Positions 46,986 to 56,851 of a DNA stretch of 64,000 nucleotides are shown here, one piece after another. The stretch covers positions 1 through 64,000 of the IMG/VR virus record IMGVR_UViG_3300032308_002775; one strand, given 5' to 3'. The notes under the pieces are model-generated. The model made no database searches and was not told the DNA's origin. It was given only the letters and a program-made list of their open reading frames with translations. Position numbers and translations under genes: made by a program. Positions within the stretch are counted from its first letter, which is position 1. Each line of letters starts with the position of its first letter. This stretch comes from a virus.

Positions 46986-47914
46986 TGCTTCAAGCACTCC
47001 GCGATAACCCGCGCCGCGCACCGAACTGGCGCTGGCTGCGGGCTGTTCAGATCGACGGCGGCGGCCCCAAGGCGACTCGCGCCATGGACGGCGAAGAGGG
47101 TTTTGCCTGGATCCGCCGAGCGTCGCGAATGAAGCGGCGTTACGAAAAAGCAGGCAACCGCCCCGACGCGCTGTACCGGCTGATCCAGTATGACCGGGAC
47201 ATGTTCTGGGCGCACTCGATGTGGCTCGACGAAAAGCAACCCACGCGGTGGGCCGTCGAAGCCTGCATTCTGGCGGGTGAGGAAACCACGAAGATCGCTG
47301 AGCGCCTGGGAACCAATCCGGCGATCATCGAGGCATACGAGAAGGTGTTTTTCGACGTTCGAGACCGTCTTGCCGAGAAGCTTTACATCGTGAACGTGGT
47401 CATGGCCGACGCCGTGGTTCGCGGCGTTTCCGAACGCCAGTACGACCTGCTTTGGAAGCTTTTCGGTTATCACGGCGGGCCCCACGTCCTGGACGCTGTG
47501 ATTTCCAAGGTTTCTCCGATCGCCAAGCCGGAGCGGGCGGACGACGTTGGCCAGTTCTTCCAGGACTTTGCCGTGAATACCGTGAAGCACAAGGCGGCCA
47601 TCGCCACCTTGACCGTGCCCATTAACACCCACACCCAGCTGGCGATCATCGACAGCTTCGTGCAGTACTCGCAGATCGAGAAAACCAGCGAGAACGCCGG
47701 AAAGGCTCACGCCACGATCGTCGAAAATATCGGTGCCATGCTCGGCGCGTTGCCCTTCAAAATCGGCACAAAACTGGATTCGGCAGCCGACAAAATGTTA
47801 CCGTATGACAATGGCGCGGCGGAGCTGCGCAACGACGAACTCATGATCGTGGCTGCGGGTGGTAAACTATCTACCCAGCAAACCATCGAAAACCTGCGGT
47901 TCCCGGGAGAATAA
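46985..47914 (+). CDS. Hypothetical protein with possible helix-turn-helix
   Basis: TTKIAERLGTNPAIIEAY resembles an HTH. Confidence 0.55.
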   Translation: MLQALRDNPRRAPNWRWLRAVQIDGGGPKATRAMDGEEGFAWIRRASRMKRRYEKAGNRPDALYRLIQYDRDMFWAHSMWLDEKQPTRWAVEACILAGEETTKIAERLGTNPAIIEAYEKVFFDVRDRLAEKLYIVNVVMADAVVRGVSERQYDLLWKLFGYHGGPHVLDAVISKVSPIAKPERADDVGQFFQDFAVNTVKHKAAIATLTVPINTHTQLAIIDSFVQYSQIEKTSENAGKAHATIVENIGAMLGALPFKIGTKLDSAADKMLPYDNGAAELRNDELMIVAAGGKLSTQQTIENLRFPGE

Positions 47915-47916
47915 CC

Positions 47917-49860
47917 ATGCAGCCACTTTCCAAGGCCGCGGAAACCAAGCTAATCGGCGCCATCGAGCGCGCCGCGGCTTATGTGAACGGCGGACTGGCG
48001 CCCAACGACGCCATCGTGAAGAGCGCCGCCGAGTCCGATATTCCGGCGGGGCATATCAACCTCATGGTCCACGCCTACAACACGGGCCGGACCACCAAGC
48101 AGCGCGAACAGGGCAGCGACACCCTGGAAAAGGCGGCCGACTTTCCGCTCGCTGACGCGCAGACTGTGCTCGACGCGCTTTATCCCAAGGCCGTGAAGAC
48201 CTCCGCTGAGATTTCACGCGCTCATGTGGTTTCTGCTGAATACGCTGTGAGCCCCGCCGGAATGCTGGCGCGCCGCAAGGCGACTCAGTCCAAGGAGGCG
48301 GCCGCAAAGATATCTTTGCCCGAGAAGACGTGGACCCCTCCGCCCCGTGACGAAGAGGCTGCTGCCCGCCGGGCTGCCTCGGAGAAGCGCGCCGCAGAGT
48401 TGGCCCAGCAGGAGCTGCGACGCCAGGCCACGGTTGCCTACACAAAGGCTGCTGCGGCGATGGAAGAGCTTCACGAGTATTTCCGTCATCCGGGCAATAT
48501 GAGTTTCCAGGACGCCGTGCGCGAGACCGAGCTGCGCTACGGCGAAGACGGCGTTAACGTGCTGAACAAGCTCGCCGCCGTCTATCCGCATTTGACGAAG
48601 CAGGCCGCCACCGGTGACGTGTTCATGGGCGAGTGCCAGCCCTGCAAGCTGGCCGAGACCGTGCTCAGCGCGATCGAGGCTTACAACGAGGCGCAGGCGC
48701 GGGTGCCTGTGGCGAAGCAGGCCTCGTCAAAAAAAGCTGAACCAGCGGTCGTCACCGGGAGCATTCTGTACGACCCGGTCGCCGAACCGCTGGAGTTGAA
48801 GAACGCCATGGCCGCGGGCGATCGCTACGGCCTGGTCGATCCGCCGCGTAAAGGACAAGAGGGCGCGCCGCGACTCGGTAATAAAGGTGTCGAGGTCGAC
48901 CCAGCGGCGCACGCGTCTTTTGTACAGCGCCGCCCGCCGCCGGGTGATCCGGCAGAATTTCGCCTGGTTATGCCGGACAGAAAGCGCGGCAACCCAATTT
49001 GGGTGCATCTGAACGAAATAATGGCTGAGGACGCATTCGACCGGATGAAGGCAGAGCAACTTGCGCACGAGGCTGCTAATCGCGCTGCGCGCCAGCAGCA
49101 ACAGGCGGGCGGAGGTTCTGGCAACGGCGGATCTGGTGGTGGTGGTCCCGGCGGCCCGGGTGGTGGCGGGAGCGGCTCGCTTGTTGACATGCTGAATGCT
49201 TGGGTGGCGGGTGGTGCCGGTGGCGGTGGCGCTGGAGGTGGCGGTGGCGCTGGAGGTGGCGGTGGCGCTGGAGGTGGAGGCGGCGCTGGAGGTGGAGGCG
49301 GGGCAGGCGGCAATCCACCGGCCGGGCCGATTCAACTTCTCACGCGAAACGTAGCCGCGCGAAATCAAAACAACCAGCGCAACAACCAGCGTAACGACGG
49401 CGGCCAACGGCGCGGCGGTAACAACAAGACGCCAGAAAAGCCTGGTTTGATGTCAGCGCCCGGTCGAATTGCTGGCGGCATGGTGCGCGGAATGCTCGCC
49501 AATCAGACGACGCCTGCGGATTTGCGGCGCGGCGCTTTTGAAAGCTTGACCGATCCGGAGCACGAGACTGAACTGCGCAACATTCGCGCGCAAAGCATTC
49601 TCCACGACCTGGTCATGAACGACCCGGTTATTTCCGGTTATGATCCGGCCGAGGTGGCCAACGCGTTTAACGAATTGGCCGACGTTGCCCCGAACTTTGT
49701 GAACTCGCCTGCTACAATGCAAGCTCTCCTGCGCAAGCGCCTCGAAGCCGGACAGATGGCCGACTTCGACGTGAAGCAGCTCATTGACATGGAAAAGTCG
49801 AGAGCTGAAACGGACAAGGCGCGCATCGAGGCGTTGCAGAAAGAACGCGAACTGATCTGA
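47917..49860 (+). CDS. Putative virion protein with Gly-rich insertion
   Basis: K-x-A motifs; poly-Gly and Asn/Gln-rich segment. Confidence 0.65.
   Translation: MQPLSKAAETKLIGAIERAAAYVNGGLAPNDAIVKSAAESDIPAGHINLMVHAYNTGRTTKQREQGSDTLEKAADFPLADAQTVLDALYPKAVKTSAEISRAHVVSAEYAVSPAGMLARRKATQSKEAAAKISLPEKTWTPPPRDEEAAARRAASEKRAAELAQQELRRQATVAYTKAAAAMEELHEYFRHPGNMSFQDAVRETELRYGEDGVNVLNKLAAVYPHLTKQAATGDVFMGECQPCKLAETVLSAIEAYNEAQARVPVAKQASSKKAEPAVVTGSILYDPVAEPLELKNAMAAGDRYGLVDPPRKGQEGAPRLGNKGVEVDPAAHASFVQRRPPPGDPAEFRLVMPDRKRGNPIWVHLNEIMAEDAFDRMKAEQLAHEAANRAARQQQQAGGGSGNGGSGGGGPGGPGGGGSGSLVDMLNAWVAGGAGGGGAGGGGGAGGGGGAGGGGGAGGGGGAGGNPPAGPIQLLTRNVAARNQNNQRNNQRNDGGQRRGGNNKTPEKPGLMSAPGRIAGGMVRGMLANQTTPADLRRGAFESLTDPEHETELRNIRAQSILHDLVMNDPVISGYDPAEVANAFNELADVAPNFVNSPATMQALLRKRLEAGQMADFDVKQLIDMEKSRAETDKARIEALQKERELI
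49219..49308 (+). repeat. 18-bp tandem repeat x5 (GGTGGCGGTGGCGCTGGA) encoding GGGGAG
   Basis: Three exact and two degenerate units. Confidence 0.9.
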
Positions 49861-49871
49861 GAGGACACGGC

Positions 49872-50981
49872 ATGGACGCCGAAAAGCTAGACGACATTTC
49901 GCGTTCCCTTGCGCTTTGCGCCGTGACGGGTAACCGCTCGGAGCTTGTCAAGGTCGCTGCGGAATACACCAAGCAAGCGGCCGGGCCCATGGATTACCTG
50001 GCCAATCCCTATGTGCGCAATGCGCTGCTGGGTCTTGGTGCCGGTGGCCTGGTTGGAATGCTGCAGCCCAAGCGCAAGCTGCGTAACGCGCTGACGTATG
50101 GTCTCGTCGGCGGCCTGGGCGGCGTGGGTTTGACTCCGCTGCTCAATCAACTTGGCGCGGCTGAAGCAGCTGAACCAAAACCCGATCAAACGGCCGGGCG
50201 CGAAGTTAAAGATCTTGGCGCCGCGGCAGAGATGGTGGCAAACGCCGACCCCGAGGCGCGCCGCGCTGTCGGCGCTGGAATCGGCGCCCTTACCGGCGCC
50301 TCAGCAGGTTATCGCGGCACCGTCGGTTTGCTGAAAAACCGTAACGCGCTGCAAAACCTGCTGGACGTGGAGACGAACGCCGCCAATGCTCGCAACTGGC
50401 GAGGGGCGCCGCGGCCCGCGCAGGTCAGTAACGACACTCTCGCTGCGCGCCAGGCGTTGCTGCCCGTGCGAAATGCGCTACAGCCGGGTGCGCCCAGGCC
50501 GCAGCAGCAGGCGTTTGTTGATGAAGTCATCCGCACCGCGCCTGGAGCAAGCCCGTCGGCGTCCCCCGACACGCGGCGGCTTCAGGCATTGGCGACACTC
50601 GGCGACGCCAGCGAAGCGGTGCGCCCTGGCGGCGTTCCGTTTTTACGTCGCGAGTCTCTTCCCGCTTTTATCCGCAACAGGCTCCCTGGGACCGACGGCA
50701 CGCGCGCGCTGGCGGCGCTTTCCGAAGCGGCCCAGGCCGCTGAAACTAGCGGCGCAGCGGCTGCTGGCGCCCCGGTCCGCGCAACACCGTCGGCAAACCA
50801 GCTTCACAGAGCGCTTGCCGAAGCAAACCGGCTTGCGCCCACGACCTGGCGGCAGCGCGCCGCCGGTGGGTTGGGCGCAATGGGCTTGGGCTATCTCGGC
50901 AGCCTTCTTGGTGGCTCGCTTGGCGAAGGTCAGGCAAACTTTGCAAACAGAGCCTTCCAGCAGAAAGCGTTCGGGCAATAA
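49872..50981 (+). CDS. Glycine-zipper protein (putative virion/ejection protein)
   Basis: KVAA..TKQAA, then several GxxxG hydrophobic segments. Confidence 0.65.
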   Translation: MDAEKLDDISRSLALCAVTGNRSELVKVAAEYTKQAAGPMDYLANPYVRNALLGLGAGGLVGMLQPKRKLRNALTYGLVGGLGGVGLTPLLNQLGAAEAAEPKPDQTAGREVKDLGAAAEMVANADPEARRAVGAGIGALTGASAGYRGTVGLLKNRNALQNLLDVETNAANARNWRGAPRPAQVSNDTLAARQALLPVRNALQPGAPRPQQQAFVDEVIRTAPGASPSASPDTRRLQALATLGDASEAVRPGGVPFLRRESLPAFIRNRLPGTDGTRALAALSEAAQAAETSGAAAAGAPVRATPSANQLHRALAEANRLAPTTWRQRAAGGLGAMGLGYLGSLLGGSLGEGQANFANRAFQQKAFGQ

Positions 50982-50982
50982 C

Positions 50983-52440
50983 ATGAGCATGATCAAAGTT
51001 ATCCAGCCGAACTCGCAGGACTTCAGCGAGCCGGTGGCGTCGCTGATCAAAATCTCCAGCCACGGCTTGCTGGGCGCCGACCGCGACGCGTTTGTGAAGC
51101 GCGCTGGGCACGAGTTCGCCGAAAAGCTTGAGCAGGTCAAGTTTGCTGCGGACGAGATTCCCGTCCACCTGATCGCCATTGGCGCCACCGAGGACTACGG
51201 CCCGAACCGTAATGCCGACGGGTTCACGCGTGATTGCTGCCGCAAGTATCACCACACGTTTGAGAAGTACGCGAAGTTTTATCGCGACCACCTCAACAAG
51301 AACCCGGCCAAGAGTTACGGCGTTATCAAGGTCGCTGCCTACAACGAGCCGATGAAACGGATTGAGCTGGTCTGCGCGCTGAACGGCTCCAAAGAGGCGG
51401 CCGAGCGCAACGGCGGTCTACTCGCTGACAAGGAAATGGAGAAGCTGGCGCGGGGCGATGATATCGGCGTCTCGATGGCCTGCAAGATCCCATTCGACGT
51501 CTGCTCCGGCTGCGGCAACAAGGCGCGCACCCGGGCCGAGTACTGCGATTCCGTTGAAAACGGCGGCATGTGCAAGGCAGGCGGCCTGAGACACAACCTG
51601 GGGCGGGTCCTCGACGACGGGCACATCCTGCACGCCGACAACCCTAATCCCAGCTTCTTTGATATCTCGCACGTGTTTCGCCCCGCGGACCGAATTGCCT
51701 ACATTTCTGGGCAACTCAAGGCGGCCAGTGCTGGAGTTCTCTCTGGCGCCGCGCTGGCCGAGGAACTGGGCGTTACGGCGCCGAGCGGTTTTGATCGCGA
51801 GCCCGGCGCATCGCTTCGTTTGGCAACGCAGCTCGACGCGCTCGACAAGCTCGCCGCCGCGGAGGCCGCTGCGGCAAGCAACCTCGCTGGTTGGGGCCAG
51901 GTTGCGTTGGCTGCCAACTCCGCGGTTCAGCCGCGCGTCGACTTTGTCCCCTGCGAGCACGTCAAGCTGGCCGAGGCTCTCCGGGCGCTGGCCGACGCGG
52001 GCGTAATCCTTCCGGTCCGCGAGTTCCTGGCGCTCACCGTAAAGTCGGCGGGCGACGAATTAGTTCATGCTGTTACTAGCGCGCTGGACGGCGTCTTCAC
52101 TAAACTAGCGAGTGACCCCGATGTTGTCGTGGCGCTCGAAACTAACGCGTATTTCCCGGCTGCTGTTGCTTCTGGCAAGGTTCGCGCGTGGGCGGAGAAA
52201 GTCGCGTTAACGCACAGTATTCTTCCGCAAGCGGTGGAGAAGCGCGCCTATCAGGCCGCGCTACGAAACGCGCAGGTGGGTGAGTTAGTTAGGGAGAAGG
52301 GCGCCAGTTCGACCTCGGCGGTGGGCCTTGCGCGGCAGTACGCTTTCTATAAGATTGCTGCCTACGCGTCCCTTAGCGAGAAATATGGAAACTGCTGGTT
52401 GACAGCAAACCATTGTGTTCTGCAAAATTATGTCACGTGA
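50983..52440 (+). CDS. Putative prohead (maturation) protease
   Basis: NRNADGF, RDHLN, GVSMAC...CSGCGN (His/Ser, HK97/assemblin-like); upstream of scaffold and capsid; start moved to ATG 50983. Confidence 0.7.
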   Translation: MSMIKVIQPNSQDFSEPVASLIKISSHGLLGADRDAFVKRAGHEFAEKLEQVKFAADEIPVHLIAIGATEDYGPNRNADGFTRDCCRKYHHTFEKYAKFYRDHLNKNPAKSYGVIKVAAYNEPMKRIELVCALNGSKEAAERNGGLLADKEMEKLARGDDIGVSMACKIPFDVCSGCGNKARTRAEYCDSVENGGMCKAGGLRHNLGRVLDDGHILHADNPNPSFFDISHVFRPADRIAYISGQLKAASAGVLSGAALAEELGVTAPSGFDREPGASLRLATQLDALDKLAAAEAAAASNLAGWGQVALAANSAVQPRVDFVPCEHVKLAEALRALADAGVILPVREFLALTVKSAGDELVHAVTSALDGVFTKLASDPDVVVALETNAYFPAAVASGKVRAWAEKVALTHSILPQAVEKRAYQAALRNAQVGELVREKGASSTSAVGLARQYAFYKIAAYASLSEKYGNCWLTANHCVLQNYVT

Positions 52441-52485
52441 ACGGAATCCGCGCGCTAAAGCGTGTGGGGCCTAAAGGAGAGAATC

Positions 52486-53796
52486 ATGGCACGGATGCAA
52501 CGATCGCTTTTCGCGCAGCTTAACGCACTGGCTGAAGAGATTTCACAGAACTCTGTGAAGTCCGCCGCTGAGAAGAAGGCGGAAGGCGGCCCCACCCCCG
52601 CGGACCCGGGCGGATACATGGGTGCTTCTTCGCACCCCAGCGCTCACGTCGACAACGACGTGCAGAAAGCCGACACCGGCGCCCGCGCGGCCGAGTACGA
52701 AGCCGACATCAAGAAGCAGCAAGGCGCGCTCGCGGTGGACAACACCCCCGAGCTTCCCTACGAGGGTCGCCAGGACGAGGTGCAGCAGAACATTGGCACC
52801 AACGTCGCGGCCACCGGAGAAGACCCGGCTGCCGAGCACGACTACAAGGGCACGAAGGACGATCCGGGCACCGCGCATCCGGCCAAGACCAACGACGGCG
52901 AGAAGTACAGCTCGGTGACGTTCAAGGAAGCGCGCGACCGCGCGGCCGCCCTGGGCAACGACATTCTTGCCGCGCTGGTTAACGCCAGCACCGAGAAGGC
53001 GGCCGAGATGCCCGCCTTTCTCAAGGACAAGAAAGAAGAGTCCAAGAGCGAGTCCAAGAGCGAGTCCAAGGGCGAGCTGAAGGGCGACCAGCACAAGCTG
53101 GACGTCGATAACGACGGCAAGATCGAGGGCTCGGACCTCAAGGCGCTCCGCGAAGGCAAGGAAGCCGCTTTCAAGGCAGGTTACGACCTGGCCAAGGAGC
53201 TGGGGCTTTCGAAGGAAGCGGCTGAAGCTTCCGTGCGCGAGATCTGCGCCAACACGCTCCGCGAGGCCGACGAAATGGCCGACCTGTTCATCGGTTTTGT
53301 CAGCCAGAAGGCTGCCGCGGCCGACCCGAGCGAAGAGGCCGCTGAGGGCGAGGATCACTCGGCTCCCGGCGACGACGAGTCGGGCGCGAGTCCGATGGGC
53401 GAAGCGGGCGGTGCTCCGGCGGGTCTCGAGGGCATGATGGGCGGCGAGGCCCCGATGCCCGAAGGCGATCCGATGGCCGGTGGCGCTGGCGCTCCGTCTG
53501 AGGACGAAGCGGTCCAGGAGTTGGCCATGGCGCTGGAAGAGCTGGGCATCCCGCCCGAGGCTCTGCTCCAGGCTGTCCAGGGCGGCGCTGGCGCTGCTCC
53601 GATGGGCGCTGGCCCTGAAATGGCACCCGAGATGGCTCCCAAGATGGCTGCTGCGAATGACCTGAAGTCGATCGGCACCGCCGTGCTCAACTTCAAGCGG
53701 AGCGGCAAGTTCCAGGTCAAGGAAGCCCGCACCAAGCGGTCGCGTCAGCTGCGCGACATCATGAAGCAGCACGTCCTGGAACTCGTCAACCGGTAA
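52486..53796 (+). CDS. Putative scaffolding/head core protein
   Basis: Acidic and low-complexity; between protease and capsid; EF-hand-like DVDNDGKIEGSD. Confidence 0.6.
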   Translation: MARMQRSLFAQLNALAEEISQNSVKSAAEKKAEGGPTPADPGGYMGASSHPSAHVDNDVQKADTGARAAEYEADIKKQQGALAVDNTPELPYEGRQDEVQQNIGTNVAATGEDPAAEHDYKGTKDDPGTAHPAKTNDGEKYSSVTFKEARDRAAALGNDILAALVNASTEKAAEMPAFLKDKKEESKSESKSESKGELKGDQHKLDVDNDGKIEGSDLKALREGKEAAFKAGYDLAKELGLSKEAAEASVREICANTLREADEMADLFIGFVSQKAAAADPSEEAAEGEDHSAPGDDESGASPMGEAGGAPAGLEGMMGGEAPMPEGDPMAGGAGAPSEDEAVQELAMALEELGIPPEALLQAVQGGAGAAPMGAGPEMAPEMAPKMAAANDLKSIGTAVLNFKRSGKFQVKEARTKRSRQLRDIMKQHVLELVNR

Positions 53797-53817
53797 ATCA
53801 CACGGAGGTTTGAAATC

Positions 53818-54246
53818 ATGTCCAACTGCACCAACCCGCTTGTCCAAAACATCGTCGACTACATCGGTTACTCCGATGCGGCGATGACCAAGGCCGCGGC
53901 GGTTCTCAAGGAGCGCGAGGAGCAGGTCGAAAAGCTTGCCAACCTCATCCCCGAGGCCGTCAAGGTCTGTCTCGAGAACGAGCGGATCGAGCCGCACCAG
54001 AAAGAGGCGCTTGCAAAGGCCCTCGAGAATCCGGTGCGCGCCGTGGAACTCGTGATCAAGCTCGCGGCGCATAAGAACGCTGCCGAGATGGCACGCCTGG
54101 GCACCCCGGTGGCTTCGACGAAGGCCGCCGGTTATGACCCGTCGAACAGCCTGACGAGCGGGTATGTGGGCGCTCGTGATGGCAAGCTCAAGGCCTCGGA
54201 TATCAAACTGTTCCAGGGTCTTGGTCTGAACCCGCCCACTGCCTGA
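53818..54246 (+). CDS. Hypothetical head protein
   Basis: GGAGG RBS; helical; within the head module. Confidence 0.6.
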   Translation: MSNCTNPLVQNIVDYIGYSDAAMTKAAAVLKEREEQVEKLANLIPEAVKVCLENERIEPHQKEALAKALENPVRAVELVIKLAAHKNAAEMARLGTPVASTKAAGYDPSNSLTSGYVGARDGKLKASDIKLFQGLGLNPPTA

Positions 54247-54294
54247 TTTCACATGGATCTGTGATTACCACGAAAAAGACATGGAGGTCTTAAC

Positions 54295-54840
54295 ATGGCA
54301 ACTGCTCCCAATCTGATCACTGAGAAGGGGCTCGACGTCAAAAAGGGCTGGTTCCAAATGGCCGCCCTCGACTACGACGCCAAGCTCGCTTCGGCTGTCT
54401 CCTTCGACGTTCCGCGCGGTCGCGTGGTCCACGTCGACTCGGACGGCAACTTCCGCCCTGGTGCGCACAACACCGGCGTTGCGATCTTCCTGCTCAACGG
54501 CTCGGCCGAGGCGGACGTCAGCAACCCCGGCACCACGGCTTCTGGCAACTTCATGCACCGGGCCATCGCCCCGACCGGCAAGATGTCCGGCCTCGTGGCG
54601 ACGGGTGGTTACGAGATTGCGTCGACTGAGTTCGACTCGTCCCGCACCTACACCCCGGGCGATCTGCTCACCGCGACGGCTTCGGATTCGAACGCCACGA
54701 CCGGTGGTCGGATCACGAACCAGTCGGTCACGCAGTTTGTGACGCCGGTGGTCGGCGTTGTGTCGTCCGGTAAGGCCAAGAACCACAACGGGGTCTACGC
54801 GCTGTCCTTCTGGTCGGCGTGGCTCCCGGGCGAAGCCTGA
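54295..54840 (+). CDS. Putative capsid decoration/cement protein
   Basis: Beta-rich ~180 aa immediately upstream of the capsid gene; YTPGDLLTA. Confidence 0.6.
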   Translation: MATAPNLITEKGLDVKKGWFQMAALDYDAKLASAVSFDVPRGRVVHVDSDGNFRPGAHNTGVAIFLLNGSAEADVSNPGTTASGNFMHRAIAPTGKMSGLVATGGYEIASTEFDSSRTYTPGDLLTATASDSNATTGGRITNQSVTQFVTPVVGVVSSGKAKNHNGVYALSFWSAWLPGEA

Positions 54841-54880
54841 ATCCATCCTTAGTCACACCCGGAACATGGAGGTTCCTTAA

Positions 54881-55807
54881 ATGCCTACTCAGCAAGAAAT
54901 CCAGCTGCTCAACGAGACCCTCTTCGAGCAGCTCGACACCCCCGGCATGCAGAAGCAGGCCGTTGACGCTGTTAACGACTTCACGCGCACCAAGATGCGT
55001 GAAGACGGGTTCTATCGGCGGATTATGCCGCCGCTCACCATCACCAATGACGAGCTCGACCGCCAGGTCGATACCGACAAGCCGGTGAAGGTGGTCGACA
55101 AGGAACCCGATTCCCCCGCGGCTGTGTCGCTTCCGTTCGCGACGCTCCCGATCAACTTCTACATCCGTGGCCCGCGCTACCGCGTCATGTTTGACCGGAT
55201 CGTGTCGCCCCGCGCTGTGAAGGACGTCGACGAGCTGCGCACCTACGTGATCGACATCCGGCAGGTTCTTTCCGACAACATGATCAAGGACATGTTGGCG
55301 GAAGAGGACTCGAAGTTCATCGCGGCCCTCGACGCCGTCCTCCCGACCCCGGGTGTGGCGAACGTCGCTTCGGGTGCGGTGCAGTACGAGGAAATCCACG
55401 GCGGCATCACGCGTGAGACGATTGTCGACGCGCTGAAGGTCATGCCGCGGACGCCCTCGCACTTCGAGGTCGAGACCTGCCTGGTGAACAACATCACCAT
55501 CAAGGAGCTGCTGAAGTTTGGCCGCGACGAGATGGGTGGTGACTTCTCGCAGGACATCATCAAGAACGGTTGGGCGGAGACCAACTTCCTCAACTGCCGC
55601 TGGATCGTCACGATCAAGCGCGACCTTGTTGACGACGACACGATGTACATGTTCGCGTCGCCCAAGTTCATTGGCAAGAATTACGAGCTCGAGCCGACCA
55701 CGATGTACATCCGTCGTGAGGCTTACATGCTCGAGTACTTCGCCTACAACACGCAGGGCGGCTCGTTCGGTCACACGAACGGCCTGGCCCGCGTGGACTT
55801 CAAGTGA
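54881..55807 (+). CDS. Major capsid protein (HK97 fold, putative)
   Basis: Position after protease/scaffold/decoration genes, strong RBS, strongly biased codons, 3' hairpin; MLAEEDSKFI backbone-helix-like segment. Confidence 0.75.
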   Translation: MPTQQEIQLLNETLFEQLDTPGMQKQAVDAVNDFTRTKMREDGFYRRIMPPLTITNDELDRQVDTDKPVKVVDKEPDSPAAVSLPFATLPINFYIRGPRYRVMFDRIVSPRAVKDVDELRTYVIDIRQVLSDNMIKDMLAEEDSKFIAALDAVLPTPGVANVASGAVQYEEIHGGITRETIVDALKVMPRTPSHFEVETCLVNNITIKELLKFGRDEMGGDFSQDIIKNGWAETNFLNCRWIVTIKRDLVDDDTMYMFASPKFIGKNYELEPTTMYIRREAYMLEYFAYNTQGGSFGHTNGLARVDFK

Positions 55808-55825
55808 TGCCGTGAGACTCGGAAC

Positions 55826-55860
55826 GGGAGGGCGGGCGCCTCGTAAACGCCCGCCCTCCC
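55826..55860 (+). terminator. 13-bp GC hairpin after the capsid gene (no U-tract; stabiliser or partial terminator)
   Basis: GGGAGGGCGGGCG / CGCCCGCCCTCCC. Confidence 0.6.
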
Positions 55861-55884
55861 CGACCACCCCCAAGGAGAGCACAG

Positions 55885-56280
55885 ATGGATAACGTTAAGG
55901 TTGCGGCTGAGCAGGCTTACAGCACGATCGTGTCGGAACTTGCCGCGCCGTATTTTTTCGAGAAGCTCGCCGCGCACGGCCTGTCGCCGCGTTCGGAGAA
56001 GGAGGCTGCGGACATGTGGACCGCCGCCACCAAGCTTCATGTGCTCTTCACGGCTGAGCGGGAAAAGGCGGCCGCGGCGAGCGCGACGAATCTGGACGCC
56101 GTGAACGAGCGGCTGGACCAGATGCTCGACGCTGCGGGTCTCGGCTCCTCGAACACTGTCGCTGAAAAGTCGGCTGCGTTCTATGGGGCTGCGGACGTTG
56201 CGGCCGAGCAGCCCGAGATTGCAAAGGCGGTTCTGACGCTGCAAGCCGCCGCCTTCGCGGCCTCGCAGCACGCCGAGTGA
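55885..56280 (+). CDS. Hypothetical head protein
   Basis: AAGGAG RBS; K-x-A-rich. Confidence 0.65.
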   Translation: MDNVKVAAEQAYSTIVSELAAPYFFEKLAAHGLSPRSEKEAADMWTAATKLHVLFTAEREKAAAASATNLDAVNERLDQMLDAAGLGSSNTVAEKSAAFYGAADVAAEQPEIAKAVLTLQAAAFAASQHAE

Positions 56281-56298
56281 AGAGAAACGGAGTAAATC

Positions 56299-56664
56299 AT
56301 GCCCTACGCCCCCATTGCTACTGGTTTGTATACGACGGTTGAGAACACCTCCGGCTCTACCAAGGTGTTCGGCTTCCTCGGCACGCACGGCAAGCGACTT
56401 GACGCCAACGAGACCTACACGGTCCCCGGCGATCTGGTCAGCAAGCTCGGCGCGCTGCGAAGCCAGCGGAAGTTCAAGGCGCTCGAGACCGCGCTGACCG
56501 AGGGCAATCTCAAGATTGTCAGCTCGCCAGCCGTCTACCTCTACGACGCCGACAACGAAGAGACCCGCGAGCTGTCGCTTGCGGCCGGTGTGCTCGGTAC
56601 GGTCGACCCCCAGTGGGATCCGGCTGGTACTGGCACCTCGGATTTCGTTGACAACGACGGTTGA
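56299..56664 (+). CDS. Hypothetical virion protein
   Basis: GGAG RBS. Confidence 0.65.
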   Translation: MPYAPIATGLYTTVENTSGSTKVFGFLGTHGKRLDANETYTVPGDLVSKLGALRSQRKFKALETALTEGNLKIVSSPAVYLYDADNEETRELSLAAGVLGTVDPQWDPAGTGTSDFVDNDG

Positions 56665-56690
56665 TCGCGCTCAATCGACGAGCTGTTCAA

Positions 56691-56726
56691 GAGGAAGGCT
56701 GGCTGCATACGCGGCCAGCCTTCTTC
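56691..56726 (+). terminator. Hairpin/terminator
   Basis: GAAGGCTGGCTGC-ATAC-GCGGCCAGCCTTC followed by TTC. Confidence 0.55.
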
Positions 56727-56851
56727 GCTATCGGGAGCGCGCCATGCGCAACTTCTTTGTGCTGATAACCGCCGCGACCCTGGTCTTCTGGCCTGAGATT
56801 GCTGTCGGTGCGGCGGTCGCCTTGATTATTCGTTCATTCATGGAGTGAATC

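Noticed and set aside
50386-50982. 199-aa N-terminal extension of the protease ORF
   Set aside because: It overlaps ORF 49872-50981 in another frame; ATG 50983 follows that stop directly.
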